This document shows, one piece after another, positions 1-13,169 of a DNA stretch of 64,000 nt. The notes under the pieces were generated by a model that was given only the letters and a program-made list of their open reading frames with translations, was not told the origin of the DNA and ran no database searches. The stretch comes from Octopus sinensis. Its lineage: Eukaryota. A program made the position numbers and the translations under genes. How positions within the stretch are numbered: the first letter of the stretch is position 1; every line of letters starts with the position of its first letter. The stretch is taken from assembly GCF_006345805.1 (NCBI RefSeq), contig NC_043004.1, forward strand, positions 14,136,001 through 14,200,000. Direction: 5' to 3'.

Positions 1-434
1 TATCACACACACAAATATACATACGTATGTATATTATACAAATATATACTATATAAACATATCTGTGTGCGTGTGTGTGTGTATGTGTGTGTATGTGTGT
101 GTGTGTATACAAATATATGTCTGTATTTGTTTGCGTGTCTGTCTAATTATATACACCTACATATACATATAATTATGTATGTAAACATACACAGGTGGGT
201 GTTTATAGGAAGTAAGATAAACAGAAGTTTGAAAAAAATCTATATATTTATGCAGATTTTTGAAACTTACCACTTGTATTGGCACTTCTGTCAATTACAG
301 TTTATAAGTCAGGCAGTCAGTTAACCTTCATTGCGTTACATATTATACAAGCATTCACATAGCAGCACAAACGCACGCATACGATTAAATACCTACATAA
401 TCTTGCAAGCAAGTATTCATGCATAAATACATGA

Positions 435-487
<53 letters not shown>

Positions 488-491
488 GTGT

Positions 492-528
<37 letters not shown>

Positions 529-1066
529 GTGTGTGTGTGCGTGTGTGTGTATATATATGTATATATAAATATATGTATATATACATATTTATTTATATAT
601 ATATAATGTATATATATATGTATATATATTTATGCATATATATATATGTTTGTGTGTGTGTTTTTTTAGTGTGTCTGTGTGTACGCGTGCGTGTGTTTGT
701 GTGTGTTTGTGTCTGTTTCTCCGTGCGTCTCTTTGTGTTTTGTGTGTGTGACTGTGCGTCTTCTGACATATGTAAGCTCATGTGTTGATATTTACGCACT
801 TACACATGTATCGTATGAAATTTATGCTACTGGAATGTTGAAATCCGTAATTTTAGCGAATCATCGGTATGTAATCTGAGTTACCAAATAATTGAACGTT
901 ATTATGTGGAAGAAAGACCTGCTTATGATGATCCAGAGAATAATGGATAAAAGGATTTAGCACAAAATGAATGCAGAAAGTTAGAGAGAAAAGAGTAGCA
1001 AACATTTATGATGCACGTACAACTGGGACTTGTGAGTTCTTAATACGCGACGTTGTAAGTTCTGAG

Positions 1067-1298
1067 AGCGGTAAGCTGGCAGAATCGTTAGCACGCCAGG
1101 TGAAATCCCTGGAGGTATTTCGTTTGCGGTACATTCTGAGTTCAAATTCCGCTGAGGTTGACTTTGCCTTTCATCCTTTCAGGGTCGATAAATTAAGTAC
1201 CAGTTACGCACTGGGATCGACGTAATCGACTTAATCCCTTCGTCTGTCCTCGTATGTCCCCTCTATGTTTAGCCCCTTGTGGGCAATAAAGAAATAAG
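1067..1298 (+). mobile_element. tRNA-derived SINE, family A
   Basis: A-box-like TGGCAGAATCGTTAGC, B-box GAGTTCAAATTCC, central GCCTTTCATCCTTTCAGGGTCGATAAA, tail CAATAAAGAAATAAG; same sequence recurs at 9500, 28112, 59813. Confidence 0.9.
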
Positions 1299-1514
1299 TA
1301 TCGTTAGCACGCCGGGTGAAATGCTTAGCGGTATTTCGTTTGCCGTTTCGTTCTGAATTCAAATTCCTCCGAGGTCGACTTTGCCTTTCATATTTTCGGG
1401 GTCGATTGAATAAGTACCAGTTGCTAACTGGAGTCGATGTAATCGACTTAATCTCTTTGTTTGTCCTTGTCTGTTCCCTCTATGTTTAACCCTCTGTGAG
1501 CAATAAAGAAATAA
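1299..1514 (+). mobile_element. SINE family A, 5'-truncated copy in tandem with the previous one
   Basis: Restarts at TCGTTAGCACGCCGGG directly after the first copy's tail and runs to CAATAAAGAAATAAA. Confidence 0.88.
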
Positions 1515-1764
1515 ATATGCATAATAATATATAAAGCCACTTACACGAAATTGCGTGTGGTTGTATGTATGCGTGTGAGTGTATGTTTTTGCCCGTGAAA
1601 TTACCCACAAATCGCAATGGACTATCCGAAACTCGTGTAGAAATATGCTGAAGATGTTGCAAAGTGGAATCAGATCGGAAACTAAGATTTTATTAGCCAA
1701 ATTTCATAAATGTACAGCTATGCTTTATTCTATACAATATATAAATAAAAAAATAAATAAGTCC

Positions 1765-2005
1765 TTTTAAAGCCTAGCCAGGCTCATGGGCTCGGTTTCC
1801 CGGTTTCTATGGCGTATGTGTTCTCTCGCAGGACGGGACGCCAGTCCATCGCAGCGTTGCTCGTTTTTGCCAGCTGAGTGAACTGGAGCAACGGGAAATG
1901 AAGTATTTTGCTCACGAACACAACGCGTCACTAGGTCCAGGAATCGAAAACACAATCTTACGATCACGATGCTGACACCCTAACCACTAAGCCACGTGCC
2001 TCCAC
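1765..2005 (-). mobile_element. tRNA-derived SINE, family D
   Basis: Minus strand starts GTGGAGGCACGTGGCTTAGTGGTTAGGG (A box) ... TTCGATTCC (B box), then GAGCAAAATACTTCATTTCCCGTTGCTCCAGTTCACTCAGCTGG; related copies at 3025 and 53502. Confidence 0.8.
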
Positions 2006-2029
2006 TATACAATATATAACTTCTCCTTG

Positions 2030-2140
2030 AAGGAGAGTTGGCAGAATCGTTAGCACGCGGGGAATTTAATCCATCTTCACGTTCTGAGTTCAACTTCCAC
2101 CGAGTTTGAATTTGTCTTTCATCAATTCGGGATCAATAAA
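2030..2140 (+). mobile_element. Degraded SINE family A fragment
   Basis: TTGGCAGAATCGTTAGCACG ... TTCTGAGTTCAAC ... TCTTTCATC. Confidence 0.65.
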
Positions 2141-3024
2141 ATGCATATCAGTTGAATACTGATATAATCAACCTAACCCCTACTCTGAACTTGTAAACAT
2201 TGTACCAAAATTCCAAATCAAAATATACCCTCTCACTCAACACTAGAATCGAAGAGAGGTGTAGCAGATACTGAAAGAACACAGCAAAATTGCTGATAAT
2301 AATTTCAGTTACTTTCCAAGGAAGATCAATTGTAAAAATAACCATATTAGAAAAGCTAAAGCATTTTAGTTCTGCACATCTACTAAACCACTTTCTGGCT
2401 CACACAGAAAAACTTTGCACAACAAAATTGAGCACCGTACCGGATTTTCAAACGAAAATTGTGACGATAATTACAATGCCAACTCACTTCATAATTATTA
2501 TATATGAAACATACAATGCTGAGCAAAAACATCGGAAGCGACAACATACAACAACAAACTCAACCAAGAATATTTACTACTACTAGTCAGAACACAAGAA
2601 TGCAAAAAGAAAACTATGGCAACATAAATGAAAATGTTGACGTCAACCGATCCTTTGTTTCCGCAGAAATAGGAGGAAAAAGAAAAATGATTTTCCGAGA
2701 GATGAATAATTTCTTTTCTCGTTTTCACACGGAAGCATCGAAATAAAATTAGGAACAGAATTAAAATTAGCGACTTGTAAGCGAGTAAAGCAGGTTTATG
2801 TTTATTTATATTTCTAACTGAATTTTATTTCGAGATCAATAGGTTCTTCAGTGCGTAGTTTAAATTTTATTTCTTCAATTTCCCTATAATTTCAAACAGT
2901 CTATCTCTTTAAAGAGGCTTTTCAACTGAGTAAAAACAACACAAGCCACATAAAATCTAATCAATTGTAGCGTATATAAAATATAGCGGTGTGTGTGTGT
3001 GTGTGTGTTTATTAATTCAGTTAT

Positions 3025-3190
3025 GAAAGGCGCATGACCTAATGGTTAGGGTATTCATCTCACGATCAAAAAGGTCTTAGATTCAATTCCTCGAGTGGGG
3101 AGTGCAATCTTCTCTTGAGCAAGGCATGTTCTTTCATGTTGCTCCAGTGTATTCAACCGTAAATAAATACTACCCAGCCACTGGCGCATT
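3025..3190 (+). mobile_element. Degraded SINE family D
   Basis: GGCGCATGACCTAATGGTTAGGG ... TTCAATTCC ... TTGAGCAAGGCATG ... GTTGCTCCAGTG. Confidence 0.6.
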
Positions 3191-3592
3191 TCACTTACCT
3201 CCCATCTGTAGTATCTTGGATGTGTCAGCAGGCCAAGTTCGAGGGTGGATGTGTTCCAATATCTCATTACAACGACAGAGCCCCTTCGTACATTTTAGCT
3301 GCCGCTTGACAGCTGGCTGTACTACCCAAATAAAAAAAAAAGTATTTAGTAACTCTAGCTACGAGAGGTTTCCATATAACTAGACAAACTCTCGTTCAAA
3401 TCATACTGCGTCTTAGAAATGTTACATTGCATAAAGTAGTCACAGACGAAATAATTGAAGTAGAAACCGAATGTCTTTTCTCAGAAGTTTTCTTTTTGAG
3501 TTGAATAGCAAGTAATGTTCTCTGTTTACTCATCATGGATTATATATCATAGAATGGTAACAAACTGACCCATGAAACAATGCATCAGCAAC

Positions 3593-3785
3593 GTGGAGGC
3601 GCAATGGCCCAGTGGTTAGGGCAGCAGATTCGCGCTCGTAAGAACGCGGTTTCGATTCCCAGACCGGGTATTGTGAGTGTTTATTGAGCAAAAACACCTA
3701 AGCTCCACGAGGTTACGGCGGGAGGGGGTGAATCATGCTGTACTCTTTCATCACAACTTTCTCTCACTCTTTCTTCCTACTTCTT
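3593..3785 (+). mobile_element. tRNA-derived SINE, family C (5' part)
   Basis: GTGGAGGCGCAATGGCCCAGTGGTTAGGG, GGTTTCGATTCCC, CACAACTTTCTCTCAC; matches reverse complement of 4491-4803. Confidence 0.85.
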
Positions 3786-4490
3786 CCACAAAGCAGAGGA
3801 ACCATGGTGTAACCCGCTATGGTGTGGTAAACTTTCAGACCCTAGTCTAGATTGCGAATCCTCTGTACCCCAGGATGGTTCAGCTCTCCACTCGTTAAAC
3901 GCCACCGTTTACTGAATGAGGATAACAACGTAGCTTTCGCGCCCGTGCAACCGCCAGTCTAGCGCGTGTGGTGGGTAGATCTTCAAGTTGCCACACGCAT
4001 TCTTAGTAGCTTAGAGTAGGCTCGAATTAGAGATTATTCTTTGTGGTTAATGGCGTGAGTCCTGATTGGAAGAAGAAGAGTTACAGACTTAGCAAAATTA
4101 GACCAATTTTAAGTATTTTAATTCAAATCGCTTTTAACAATCTGTTTTGTACTCGAGCTTTTCAAAAGCAATCTCAGCACTCAGCTGAAGGGTTCAGATT
4201 TCCCTTCTACTGTTGAAGAATGTCTAGATGGGTTTTCCTAAACTTTCGTGTTTGAAACTGGTCTGTAAAATTGAACATTTCCAAAAACATGCTCTTTTGA
4301 GGACAGTGATGATTTGGGGATTGGTACTTGGATGTTAGGTATGATGGAAAGAGACCCAAATATATTAATAACTTTTCCTTGAGTTACGCCCCAGGGTGGT
4401 CAATGTCCAATAACTGAAGCAAGTAAAATAGCGATGATATATATATATATATACATATATATATGTATATGTATATATGTGTGTGTGCAT

Positions 4491-4803
4491 ATCACCGTGA
4501 TCACCGTGATCGACCAGGTTATCAGATGTTGTTATACATCGCTGGTCACAATGCGCTTCGTATTGTTTTAGCCTTCAAATGACGCCACCCCGCTGGCTAA
4601 GCGAGCAGGCCAACAGAAGGAAAAGTGAGAGAAAGTTGTGGCGAAAGAGTACAGCAGGGATCGCCACCACCACCCCTGCCGGAGCCTCGTGGGGCTTTAG
4701 GTGTTTTCGCTTAATAAACACTCACAACACCCGGTCTGGGAATCGAAACCGCGATCCTACGACCGCGAGTCCGCTGCCCTAACCACTGGGCCATTGCATC
4801 TCC
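4491..4803 (-). mobile_element. SINE family C, full length
   Basis: Minus strand tRNA-like head through tail ending in TCACGGTGA repeats. Confidence 0.88.
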
Positions 4804-4854
4804 GTGTGTATATATATATATATATTTAAATTTAAATAAGGGTAGACATTGATA

Positions 4855-5556
4855 TTAATCAATTAAAACCTGTGGTCTAGCATATTTTAAAAAATCCGAA
4901 GATTTAAACATTTTTTACATACAAAATTTGGAGGACTGATCACTATAAAACTGGACAGGCTATATGATAGATATAGACGTCAAAATCGCCATTTTCCACG
5001 AAGAATGTTTTCTGAAGAAAAAATATTCAGTAAAAAACCAAAGTGTAAAAATAAGCAAGACAAATGAAATTATACGAAATAAAAAAAAATGATTACCTAT
5101 GTACTAATTAGTTTCACTTGTTAATATTTACGATTATGGATACGAAAACAACTGCAAGGTCATCAGCATAGTCTGTCGTTTAAAAGCACAACTTCCAGAA
5201 CTAGATGCGGAACGGTCGACCGAAATCCAGCATGTATAACGTTCTACAAATTATATGTATCTTTCAAATGCCTTCACATTGGCGCGCTGAAACCGGAAAT
5301 TACTCTGCAGCAGTCAATTTACCGGCTAGAGAACATTTTTTATTTAAAATTAAATAAGGGTAGAAATTGATATTAATCAATTAAAACCAGTGGTCTTGAG
5401 ACCATATTCGTCGTGGAAAATGGCGATTTTGACGTCTATATCTAGTATATAGACTGCCCATTTTTTAGTGGTCAGTCCTCTAAATTTTGTATGTAAACTT
5501 TTTTTAATTTTCGGATTTTTTAAAAATATGCTAGACCACTGGTTTTAATTGATTAA
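4855..5556. repeat. Fold-back element with ~150 bp imperfect inverted arms (4855-5006 / 5406-5556)
   Basis: TTAATCAATTAAAACC...CATTTTCCACGAAGAAT mirrored by ATTCGTCGTGGAAAATG...GGTTTTAATTGATTAA; 4828-4880 is also directly repeated at 5346-5397. Confidence 0.8.
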
Positions 5557-5559
5557 CCA

Positions 5560-6752
5560 TTTATCGCGCTTAAAAAGCAAATCCACTTCCACTTTACCAT
5601 GTTGAAAATTTGATTGAAATCGGGCAAAAGGGGTCCAATCTAGTCCCCCAAGTGTCCACCAAAATCAATAAAATCCCCGTTTTCACACCTAAGCAACCAC
5701 TGCAGCGCCCCCAAACGACTTCCAATCAATTTTTCACCTCAAGTTACCCCCTCCTGTAAATTTTAATCCTCTACTAGTCCTATTTAGACCACATTTTACA
5801 TAAAAATCCAATTTGTATCAACGTTCGCCGTCTTCATTTTATAGATTAGATTAAAGATAACCGCCTCTAGTCCCTGCAGCAAAACGAAAAGCCACCATTA
5901 TTCAAACAGCGCAACCTGTCTATCCGATAAAACTCAATTTCTCCCATATTCCTCACCCTGGCAACCAAACGGTAGCCCTGAGCGACTTGCAACCCCCCTC
6001 ACACCATTGGTCACACCATTTTATCCCCAGTGTAAATTTTGTCACCAATCCGACCCCATCTACTGCCCCTTAAACCGTTCCCATCCCAAAATGAGACAAG
6101 TAAGCAAGGAATCAAACAACTTTTTTGCACTTCAGCTTTATAGATATTGATTATATGTATATACACACATATATATATGTATACACATTATATATATATT
6201 TATATGCATACAAACATATATATAAATTAACACAATATATCTGATTAATAATATATGTTATGATTGTGCGGTGGTGGTGGGCGATAATAATTCACCGTTC
6301 TAAAAGACCTGTGGCGGGAAAATTTAAACTTCTGCGGCTGTCAACGCTTTCTCTCTATAGATACAGACAGACGTACAATGAAGGAAGTGGTGGGAGAAAG
6401 AGTGACAGAGAGACGGTGAAGGCGGGGAGGGAATGAGAGTGGAAGGTCGTTATTGAGAGAATGTGTAGGGAAGGAAGGAAAGAGAGAGATCGAGGAAGGC
6501 AGAGTGACATTTGAAAGAGAAAAAACGGCAAACACTTGTCAACGTCTGGGTTTTGTTTCCCTAGTAAGCAAAGATTTTGAGAGGGGTTTCTAACCTAGTC
6601 CAGTCGCTTCCTTGCCTCTTTTTACATGTCCCTGTAAATTTTGGCGCCAATCCGACCCCATCTACCGCCCCTTAAATCGTTCCCATCCCAAAATGAGACA
6701 ACTAATCAAGAAATCAAACAACTTTTTTGCATTTCAGCTTTATAGTTATTGA
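5560..6752 (-). mobile_element. Cluster of non-autonomous Helitron-like fragments
   Basis: Three termini of the TTTTATAGATTAGAT / CTTTATAGATATTGAT type (5848, 6150, 6752); ~135 bp direct repeat 6020-6150 vs 6625-6752. Helitron assignment is by analogy with the other copies in the window. Confidence 0.5.
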
Positions 6753-6914
6753 TTATTTATATATACATATTATTTTCCCACTTGGTGTATAATTACCTAT
6801 GACTGTACACACACATATACATAAATAATTTATAGTCTACGGATAATTTTTTTTATGAATGCTGGCCACTGGTATAAATTAATATATTTTATAATTTTTA
6901 CCCTTAATATGACA

Positions 6915-6966
<52 letters not shown>

Positions 6967-6974
6967 GTGCCTAA

Positions 6975-7044
<70 letters not shown>

Positions 7045-7046
7045 GC

Positions 7047-7105
<59 letters not shown>
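6915..7105. repeat. (TATC)n microsatellite
   Basis: Directly visible, with few interruptions. Confidence 0.98.
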
Positions 7106-7656
7106 CCGATCTGTCTGTCTTCCTATCTTTCTTTCCGTCTTTCTGTCTGTCTGTCTATATGTATGTACGTATATAAAAGATGAACACGCATTAGATCTCT
7201 TATACATAAGTTATACAATTGTGAGATTAAGTATAACTGGATAGAAGTATGGATGTCCATAATAGCTTACATATATTGGTAGATATCCAGATAGATCATA
7301 TTTTAATATCACAGATAAGTGACAAGAAAATCAAAAGTGATGTGCTTTGTGAATAGGTATAGATATAGTTAACTGTTCTCAGAAAATGCATATGAACTAA
7401 TTTCTTAAATATTAGCTTCAGACATCAGCTCTTCCGATCAATCATAATTATCATTAACTTCTGTTTCAAAGATTGGGGATAGAGTAGCGGGTTATCGATA
7501 TGAGAAAATACCGCGAAGATTAAAAAAACATTAATTAAATATATAACTATTCCAATGTCTTGGTTAAAGACTGAGCAACTAAATTCAGCCGGGAACCTGA
7601 CGTAATATTAAAGTTAATATCCGATGTCATTAATGAAGGTCAACAGAATCTTACTT

Positions 7657-7692
<36 letters not shown>

Positions 7693-7937
7693 CACACACA
7701 CACAGATACTCACATACACGCTTACACACACACGCACACACACATATGTACATGCTTGTAATCGCTTCAGCCATGCTGCCGCCATACTGGAGCACCATTT
7801 TGATTTCATATATATATATATATATTCAACAGCAAAATTAAGGAACGGCCATAATAGGCCGTTCAACCCACGCTGGTGGCAAATAATTTCTGCTGAATTT
7901 TTTGCGACCCTATATTGATTAATTATGAATATATATA

Positions 7938-7987
<50 letters not shown>

Positions 7988-8039
7988 TATATATATGTGG
8001 TGTGTGTGTGTGTGCGTGTGTTCGTGTGCGTATGTTTGT

Positions 8040-8151
8040 GTGTCTGTTTGTTCCCCCCAAATCGCTTGACAACCGAGTCAATTTGCTCGACTAAAGGCAG
8101 TGCTCCAGCATGGCCGCAATCAAATGATTGAAACAAGTAAAAGAGTAAAGA

Positions 8152-8152
<1 letters not shown>
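8040..8152 (+). mobile_element. SINE family B 3' fragment with internal deletion
   Basis: ATCGCTTGACAACCGA joined to ATTTGCTCGACTAAAGGCAGTGCTCCAGCATGGCCGCA...AACAAGTAAAAGAG. Confidence 0.8.
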
Positions 8153-8195
<43 letters not shown>

Positions 8196-8519
8196 TGTAA
8201 ATTATGCTAATAGTATTTTATAAGCTTAAAGCTTATAAGCGATCACTGCGCAATGACTGAAGAAAATTTTCTAATAAGCCCTCGATAGAAAAAGTAGAAT
8301 TTCCCGTACGTGTGCGACTCGAAACCATTATAAAACTATTATTATTATCCATTATCAGGTTATTATAATCATTATTAGACAATCTTCTTTAGTCTTGGCG
8401 TGTTGATCGGTTTTAAGATTTAGGCTTATAGAATACGATTAATATTATTTACAAAATTGTAAATATCGACGCTGCTTAACAAAAACCATCGCAATAATAT
8501 ATCCGTTCTGTTGCCATAG

Positions 8520-8900
8520 TAACGAAACTGAAGCACCCAGAGTAAACCAGCTTAGCACGGATTGCTCTTGAACTCTGTTGTGCATGTGCACTAAGTTTTA
8601 ACGTTCCAGTTCACTTCTGCTGTTTCCAGCAGTGCTTGGAATTATGGTGTGTAGCGTGTGATTGTGGCATTGAGCATGAATCTGCATCAACCTTTGCCAA
8701 AGGCTTGGCGATACTTGCTTAGAGGCTTATGCAATGTTGCAGAAAGTGTATGGCGAGGAGTGTATGAGCCGAAAAATTGTTGAGAGTGACGAACGTTCTG
8801 GGAGACACGAAACCAACAGAACTGAGAAAAACACTGCAGATGTGCGTGCCTGTATGAAAGGAAATCGTTGAATTACCATCCGTGAGCTATTAGATGTGCA
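8520..8900 (+). pseudogene. mariner transposase N-terminal remnant
   Basis: Manual translation ~8684-8890: INLCQRLGDTCLEAYAMLQKVYGEECMSRK-IVESDERSGRHETNRTEKNTADVRACMKGNR*ITIREL, matching the two mariner HTH regions with an internal deletion and a stop. Confidence 0.8.
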
Positions 8901-9499
8901 AAATCTTTAAAATACCAAACTTCGGGAGGAATTGTCGACCATATCACTCTACTATGGAAAACATAACATATATAGTTAGCAATTGTCTATATTTGTTTTG
9001 GAGTACTATCTCAAATGGCGACACGATGTTGCTAAAAAAAATTCAGTTGTATATACAGGAAAGATATCTCTGATGTCTTGCAAACAACTTGCACATGCAA
9101 GTGCTACCAGTCGAGAACTCCGCATACCGGAAGCCAGCAAGTGTATGCGGCTATCAGGAGATGCCGTTTCGGGGTCTACCTCTAGACGGCATCAATACGC
9201 ACCGACCCCACTCACTGATATGAGGCCCCGCTTGCTAGATCAACTGCTCATTGAATATAGCTCAATATTTCTCTAGTCATCGCTCATCGTCTCTTTTTAA
9301 TCAAATCCAGTGGCTAACCTGTAGTTTGGATATCGATCATGGTTTTATTTACCTTATAAGTTAGGCCTAACGATAACAACAGTCGTCTTACACTATGTCC
9401 AACAAACCCTCTACATCCGATTTCGATTGGAAAATGCTCCGCTTTCCAGCCTGCATCTTTACATTCCTCGAGGAGGTTTACATAACGGTCAATCTTTCG

Positions 9500-9727
9500 A
9501 GCGGCGAGCTGGCAGAAACGTTAGCACGCTGGGCGAAATGCTTAGCAGTATTTCGTCTGCCGCTACGTTCTGAGTTCAAATTCCGCCGAGGTCGACTTTG
9601 CCTTTCATCCTTTCGGGGTCGATTAAATAAGTACCAGTTACGCACTGGGGTCGATATAATCGACTTAATCCGTCTGTCTGTCCTTTGTCCTCTCTGTGTT
9701 TAGCCCCTTGTGGGTAGTAAAGAAATA
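9500..9727 (+). mobile_element. SINE family A, full length with target-site duplication
   Basis: GGTCAATCTTTCGAGC at 9487-9502 and 9728-9743 flanks the copy. Confidence 0.93.
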
Positions 9728-9847
9728 GGTCAATCTTTCGAGCCCGAGCGGCGTCCATGTTATCTTCATGAGGAACTTTTAGCACGACTAGATTTACACG
9801 TCAGCACAAGCAATATTAGTTAAAATATTTTGTACAATGCCAGCAAG

Positions 9848-10024
9848 TTCCGGAAGGGAGAAAGTCGATTACATCAACCTCAGTGCTCAACAAGTACTCG
9901 CCTTATAGAGTCCCAAAAGTTGAAAGGCAAAGTCGACCGCAGCGGAATTTGAACACAAAACGTAAAGACGGATGAAATGCCGTTAAGCATTTTACTCGTC
10001 GCGGTAGCTATACTACCAGTTCGT
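9848..10024 (-). mobile_element. Degraded SINE family A-related copy
   Basis: GAAAGGCAAAGTCGACCGCAGCGGAATTTGAAC is the reverse complement of the family A body. Confidence 0.75.
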
Positions 10025-10522
10025 CATCTTAAGCACGACGGTTATAGGTGAAACATTCGCAATGAAACATCTGTCAAGTACGCGCATAAGTGTCCCGACA
10101 TGTTTATGCACCATAAAGAGTAGGTGAAAACAGGAGTGAAAATCAATAATGAGAGAAGGGGAATATCTATGGACAGCTTGACTGGAATCCGATAACTCCT
10201 CTAGACTGATTATAAATATAAATTTATACCAATAATAATTGGGACCGTAGGATATGTTAGTAAATGCGTAATTCACAATCAAGAAAAACGAGGATTTTCA
10301 TTGAGAGAATAATAAAAAAAAACTGGTTAACATGATCTCGACAGATAGAATCAGGAAATGGAATCGTAAAAATATGGATGACTTTTTAAAAGTTCAGTAC
10401 ATAACATTTATTGTTGCTGTTATACAAATATCAACGGTGTAGATCTTGTTTCTTGTTAGAAACCAGCTCCTTCATTATAGAAAGAATACTAATAAATAAA
10501 ATGATGTTTATAATAAAGACAT

Positions 10523-10926
10523 ATACTCTTTTACTCTTTTACTTGTTTCAGTCATGCAACTGTGGCCGTGCTGGAGCACCGCCATTAGTCGAGCAAATCG
10601 ACCCCGGAACTTATTCTTTGTAAGCCTAGTACTTATTCTATCGGTCTCTTTTGCCGAACCGCTAAGTTAAGGGGACCTAAACACACCAGCATTGGTTGTC
10701 AAGCGATGTTGGTGGAGTGGGGACAATCACAGACACACAAACATATACACACACATACATATATATACGACGGGATTCTTTCAATTTCCGTCTACCAAAT
10801 CCACTCACAAGGCTTTGGTCGGCCCGGGACTCTTGTAAAAGACACTTACCCAAGTCGCCACGCAGTGGGACTGAAACCGGAACCAGGTGGTTGGTAAGCA
10901 AGCTTTTTACCACAGAGCCACTCCTA
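10523..10926 (-). mobile_element. tRNA-derived SINE, family B, full length
   Basis: Minus head AGGAGTGGCTCTGTGGTAA ... GGTTTCAGTCCC, internal TA/TG tract, tail GCTCCAGCACGGCCACAG...GAGTAAAAGAGTA. Confidence 0.9.
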
Positions 10927-11140
10927 CTGTGGCCTAATGTGTATACATATATGGAAACTTTTATCTGGGTAGATATGTGCCTGTTACCATATGTTTTTTC
11001 AAGCGTTGCCTGACATTCTGTGTTGGTCTGTATAAGTCATTAGAACATAGCATTTAAGAAAAAAAAAATTTAAGTACCAGGCTAGGATCTGCAATTTTCA
11101 AGACAATGCCCCTGCATGTCGGCAGCCGAAGGAAAGATTA

Positions 11141-11178
<38 letters not shown>

Positions 11179-11897
11179 CACACACACACACAAGTGAGTT
11201 GCACCTTAATCCGTATGGCGCATAAGCGATTTAGCTGAACGAATATTTACATATAATGATATCTTATATGACGCCTGGTTGTCGCGATGTTAAGCAGTAA
11301 TGTTTCAATAACGTTAGAGGAGAATATGTATTCAATTTTTAATTTTTAAAAGAATATAATAAATAAAAGCGAAATAGATAAAAAGAAAAGGATATATATC
11401 TCGTATATCACCATAGATAGGAAACAAATTATACCCGAGTACATTTTCCATGATTCTACACAATGACGTATATTAAGAGATATTTGAAAAACGAGAAACA
11501 GGTATTGTGAAAAGAAAAAAAAAAAACAAGAAAAATATACAAAGCATATAATACACAACACGCCATAAACAACTTTGTGATCTGTGGCAATATGAAAAGA
11601 AAAAGAAAATATTATAATTACTGAAAATATTAGAATATTTTCTAGATATATTCGTGATCAAGCGTTCACTCATGTGTTCTGTAGAAAAAAGAAACAAAAA
11701 GAGAAAATAGAAAAAACTGTGGAAATGAGATTTTGTACCCGAGGGAAGTTTCCTAAGAAATGCAAATACGTCAAAATATTGGCATAATGCCATATATAAA
11801 GTTATATAACCGTAGACATTATTCTCTTCAGAAATACGTATATACCTACATACATGTCTTTCATGGAAGATACGTATATACACATATCTGAATAATA

Positions 11898-12045
11898 TAG
11901 GTGTGTGACACGAAGTTTGATTCCCAACTACATGTTACATAGTTCAGTCCAACTGCTTGGCACCTTGAGCTAATGTCTTCATCTTCAGCTCCATGAGAAG
12001 AAAGCCTTGCGAATGGGTTTGTTCGACGCAAACTGCGAAAATAGT
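11898..12045 (+). mobile_element. Degraded SINE family B head
   Basis: AGTTCAGTCCAACTGCTTGGCACCTTGAGC...AAAGCCTTGCGAATGGGTTTG. Confidence 0.6.
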
Positions 12046-12380
12046 ATTTTCTTCCTTGAATATAAAGCAATCAGTGTTTACTTTTCATTAAAAAATAATT
12101 AAGCTTGCCTTTATTTCAATAAAATTTTTGGCTTTGTTAAACGAAGTTAAGGCAAAAAAAAAAATTCCTGAGTAAGCAAATAGTCTTTCCTTCCTTCATG
12201 CCAAGTTTGAAGAAAATATCTCTTTTGCATCTTACGTTTTTGGTCTCTTAAATATACTGCATTTTGAGGCATTATTTCAAGACAGCCGACTTTTTTTGCG
12301 CAAACTGCACGTGCATTTTCTCACGTACGCGTAGTATCAATCGCAACAGCTGATGTACTTTCGCGTACAAATGCACGTTC

Positions 12381-12560
12381 CCACGGCTTTATCGATCACA
12401 TTCTCACCTGGAATCGATTTTTGTAATTTTTTTCAAGACTTATACACGTGCTGATACCGTCGGTATCTACTTATCAAATTTGAGCGCAATCGGATGGAGG
12501 ATGCCCGAGATCCTAGAAGACAGAAACAGAGACAGACAGAACGGATTTTATAAAATAGAT
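12381..12560 (-). mobile_element. Non-autonomous Helitron 5' end
   Basis: Ends ACAGACAGAACGGATTTTATAAAATAGA|T (minus strand starts TC); ~180 bp shared with 61711-61888. Confidence 0.65.
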
Positions 12561-12562
12561 AT

Positions 12563-12583
12563 ATATGTATGTATGTGTGTATG

Positions 12584-12617
<34 letters not shown>

Positions 12618-12690
12618 TGTATGTATGTATGTATGTATGTATGTATGTATGTATGTATGTATGTATGTATGTATGTATGTATGTATGTAT
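12563..12690. repeat. (TATG)n microsatellite
   Basis: Directly visible. Confidence 0.97.
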
Positions 12691-12958
12691 ATGTCAAAAA
12701 CTATACAAATTAAACTCCTTGCATTAAACTTATCCCCGCTCCTTAACTACCATTTGGCTATTATAATCACGTAGTAGCTGAGATAATTATACCAAAATTT
12801 GTCTCTGCTGTTCAAATACATGCAAATGGTCACTCAAGATTATTGCTTTTAGCTCATTTTTACATCAATTAAACTTCTGTGAGTGCGCGCATAGAAAATA
12901 TATTTGTACGCCAGGAGTACGAGCTAGCCTTTAGTTATGATTAGAAAATTATATACAC

Positions 12959-13120
12959 CAGGAGTGGCTGTGTGGTAAGTAGCTTGTTTACTGGCCACAT
13001 GGTTCCGGGTTCAGTTCCACTGCGTGGCAACCTGGGCAGTTTTTTCTACTATATCCTCGGGCTGACCAAAACCTTGTGGGTGGATTTGGGATTTGTTAGA
13101 CGGAAACAGAAAAGTCCGTC

Positions 13121-13169
<49 letters not shown>

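Noticed and set aside
2290-2790. Host exon or GIY-YIG remnant (ORFs 2290-2586, 2504-2746)
   Set aside because: No recognisable motif in a consistent frame and no clear splice signals.
2822-2852. Hammerhead on minus strand (CTGAAGA...GAAA)
   Set aside because: No stem II or stem I pairing.
9160-9209. HDV-like or hammerhead ribozyme
   Set aside because: Pseudoknot-like pairing exists but L3 is too short, with no P1.1 GG, P4 or catalytic J4/2; the minus-strand GAAAC lacks CUGANGA and NUH.
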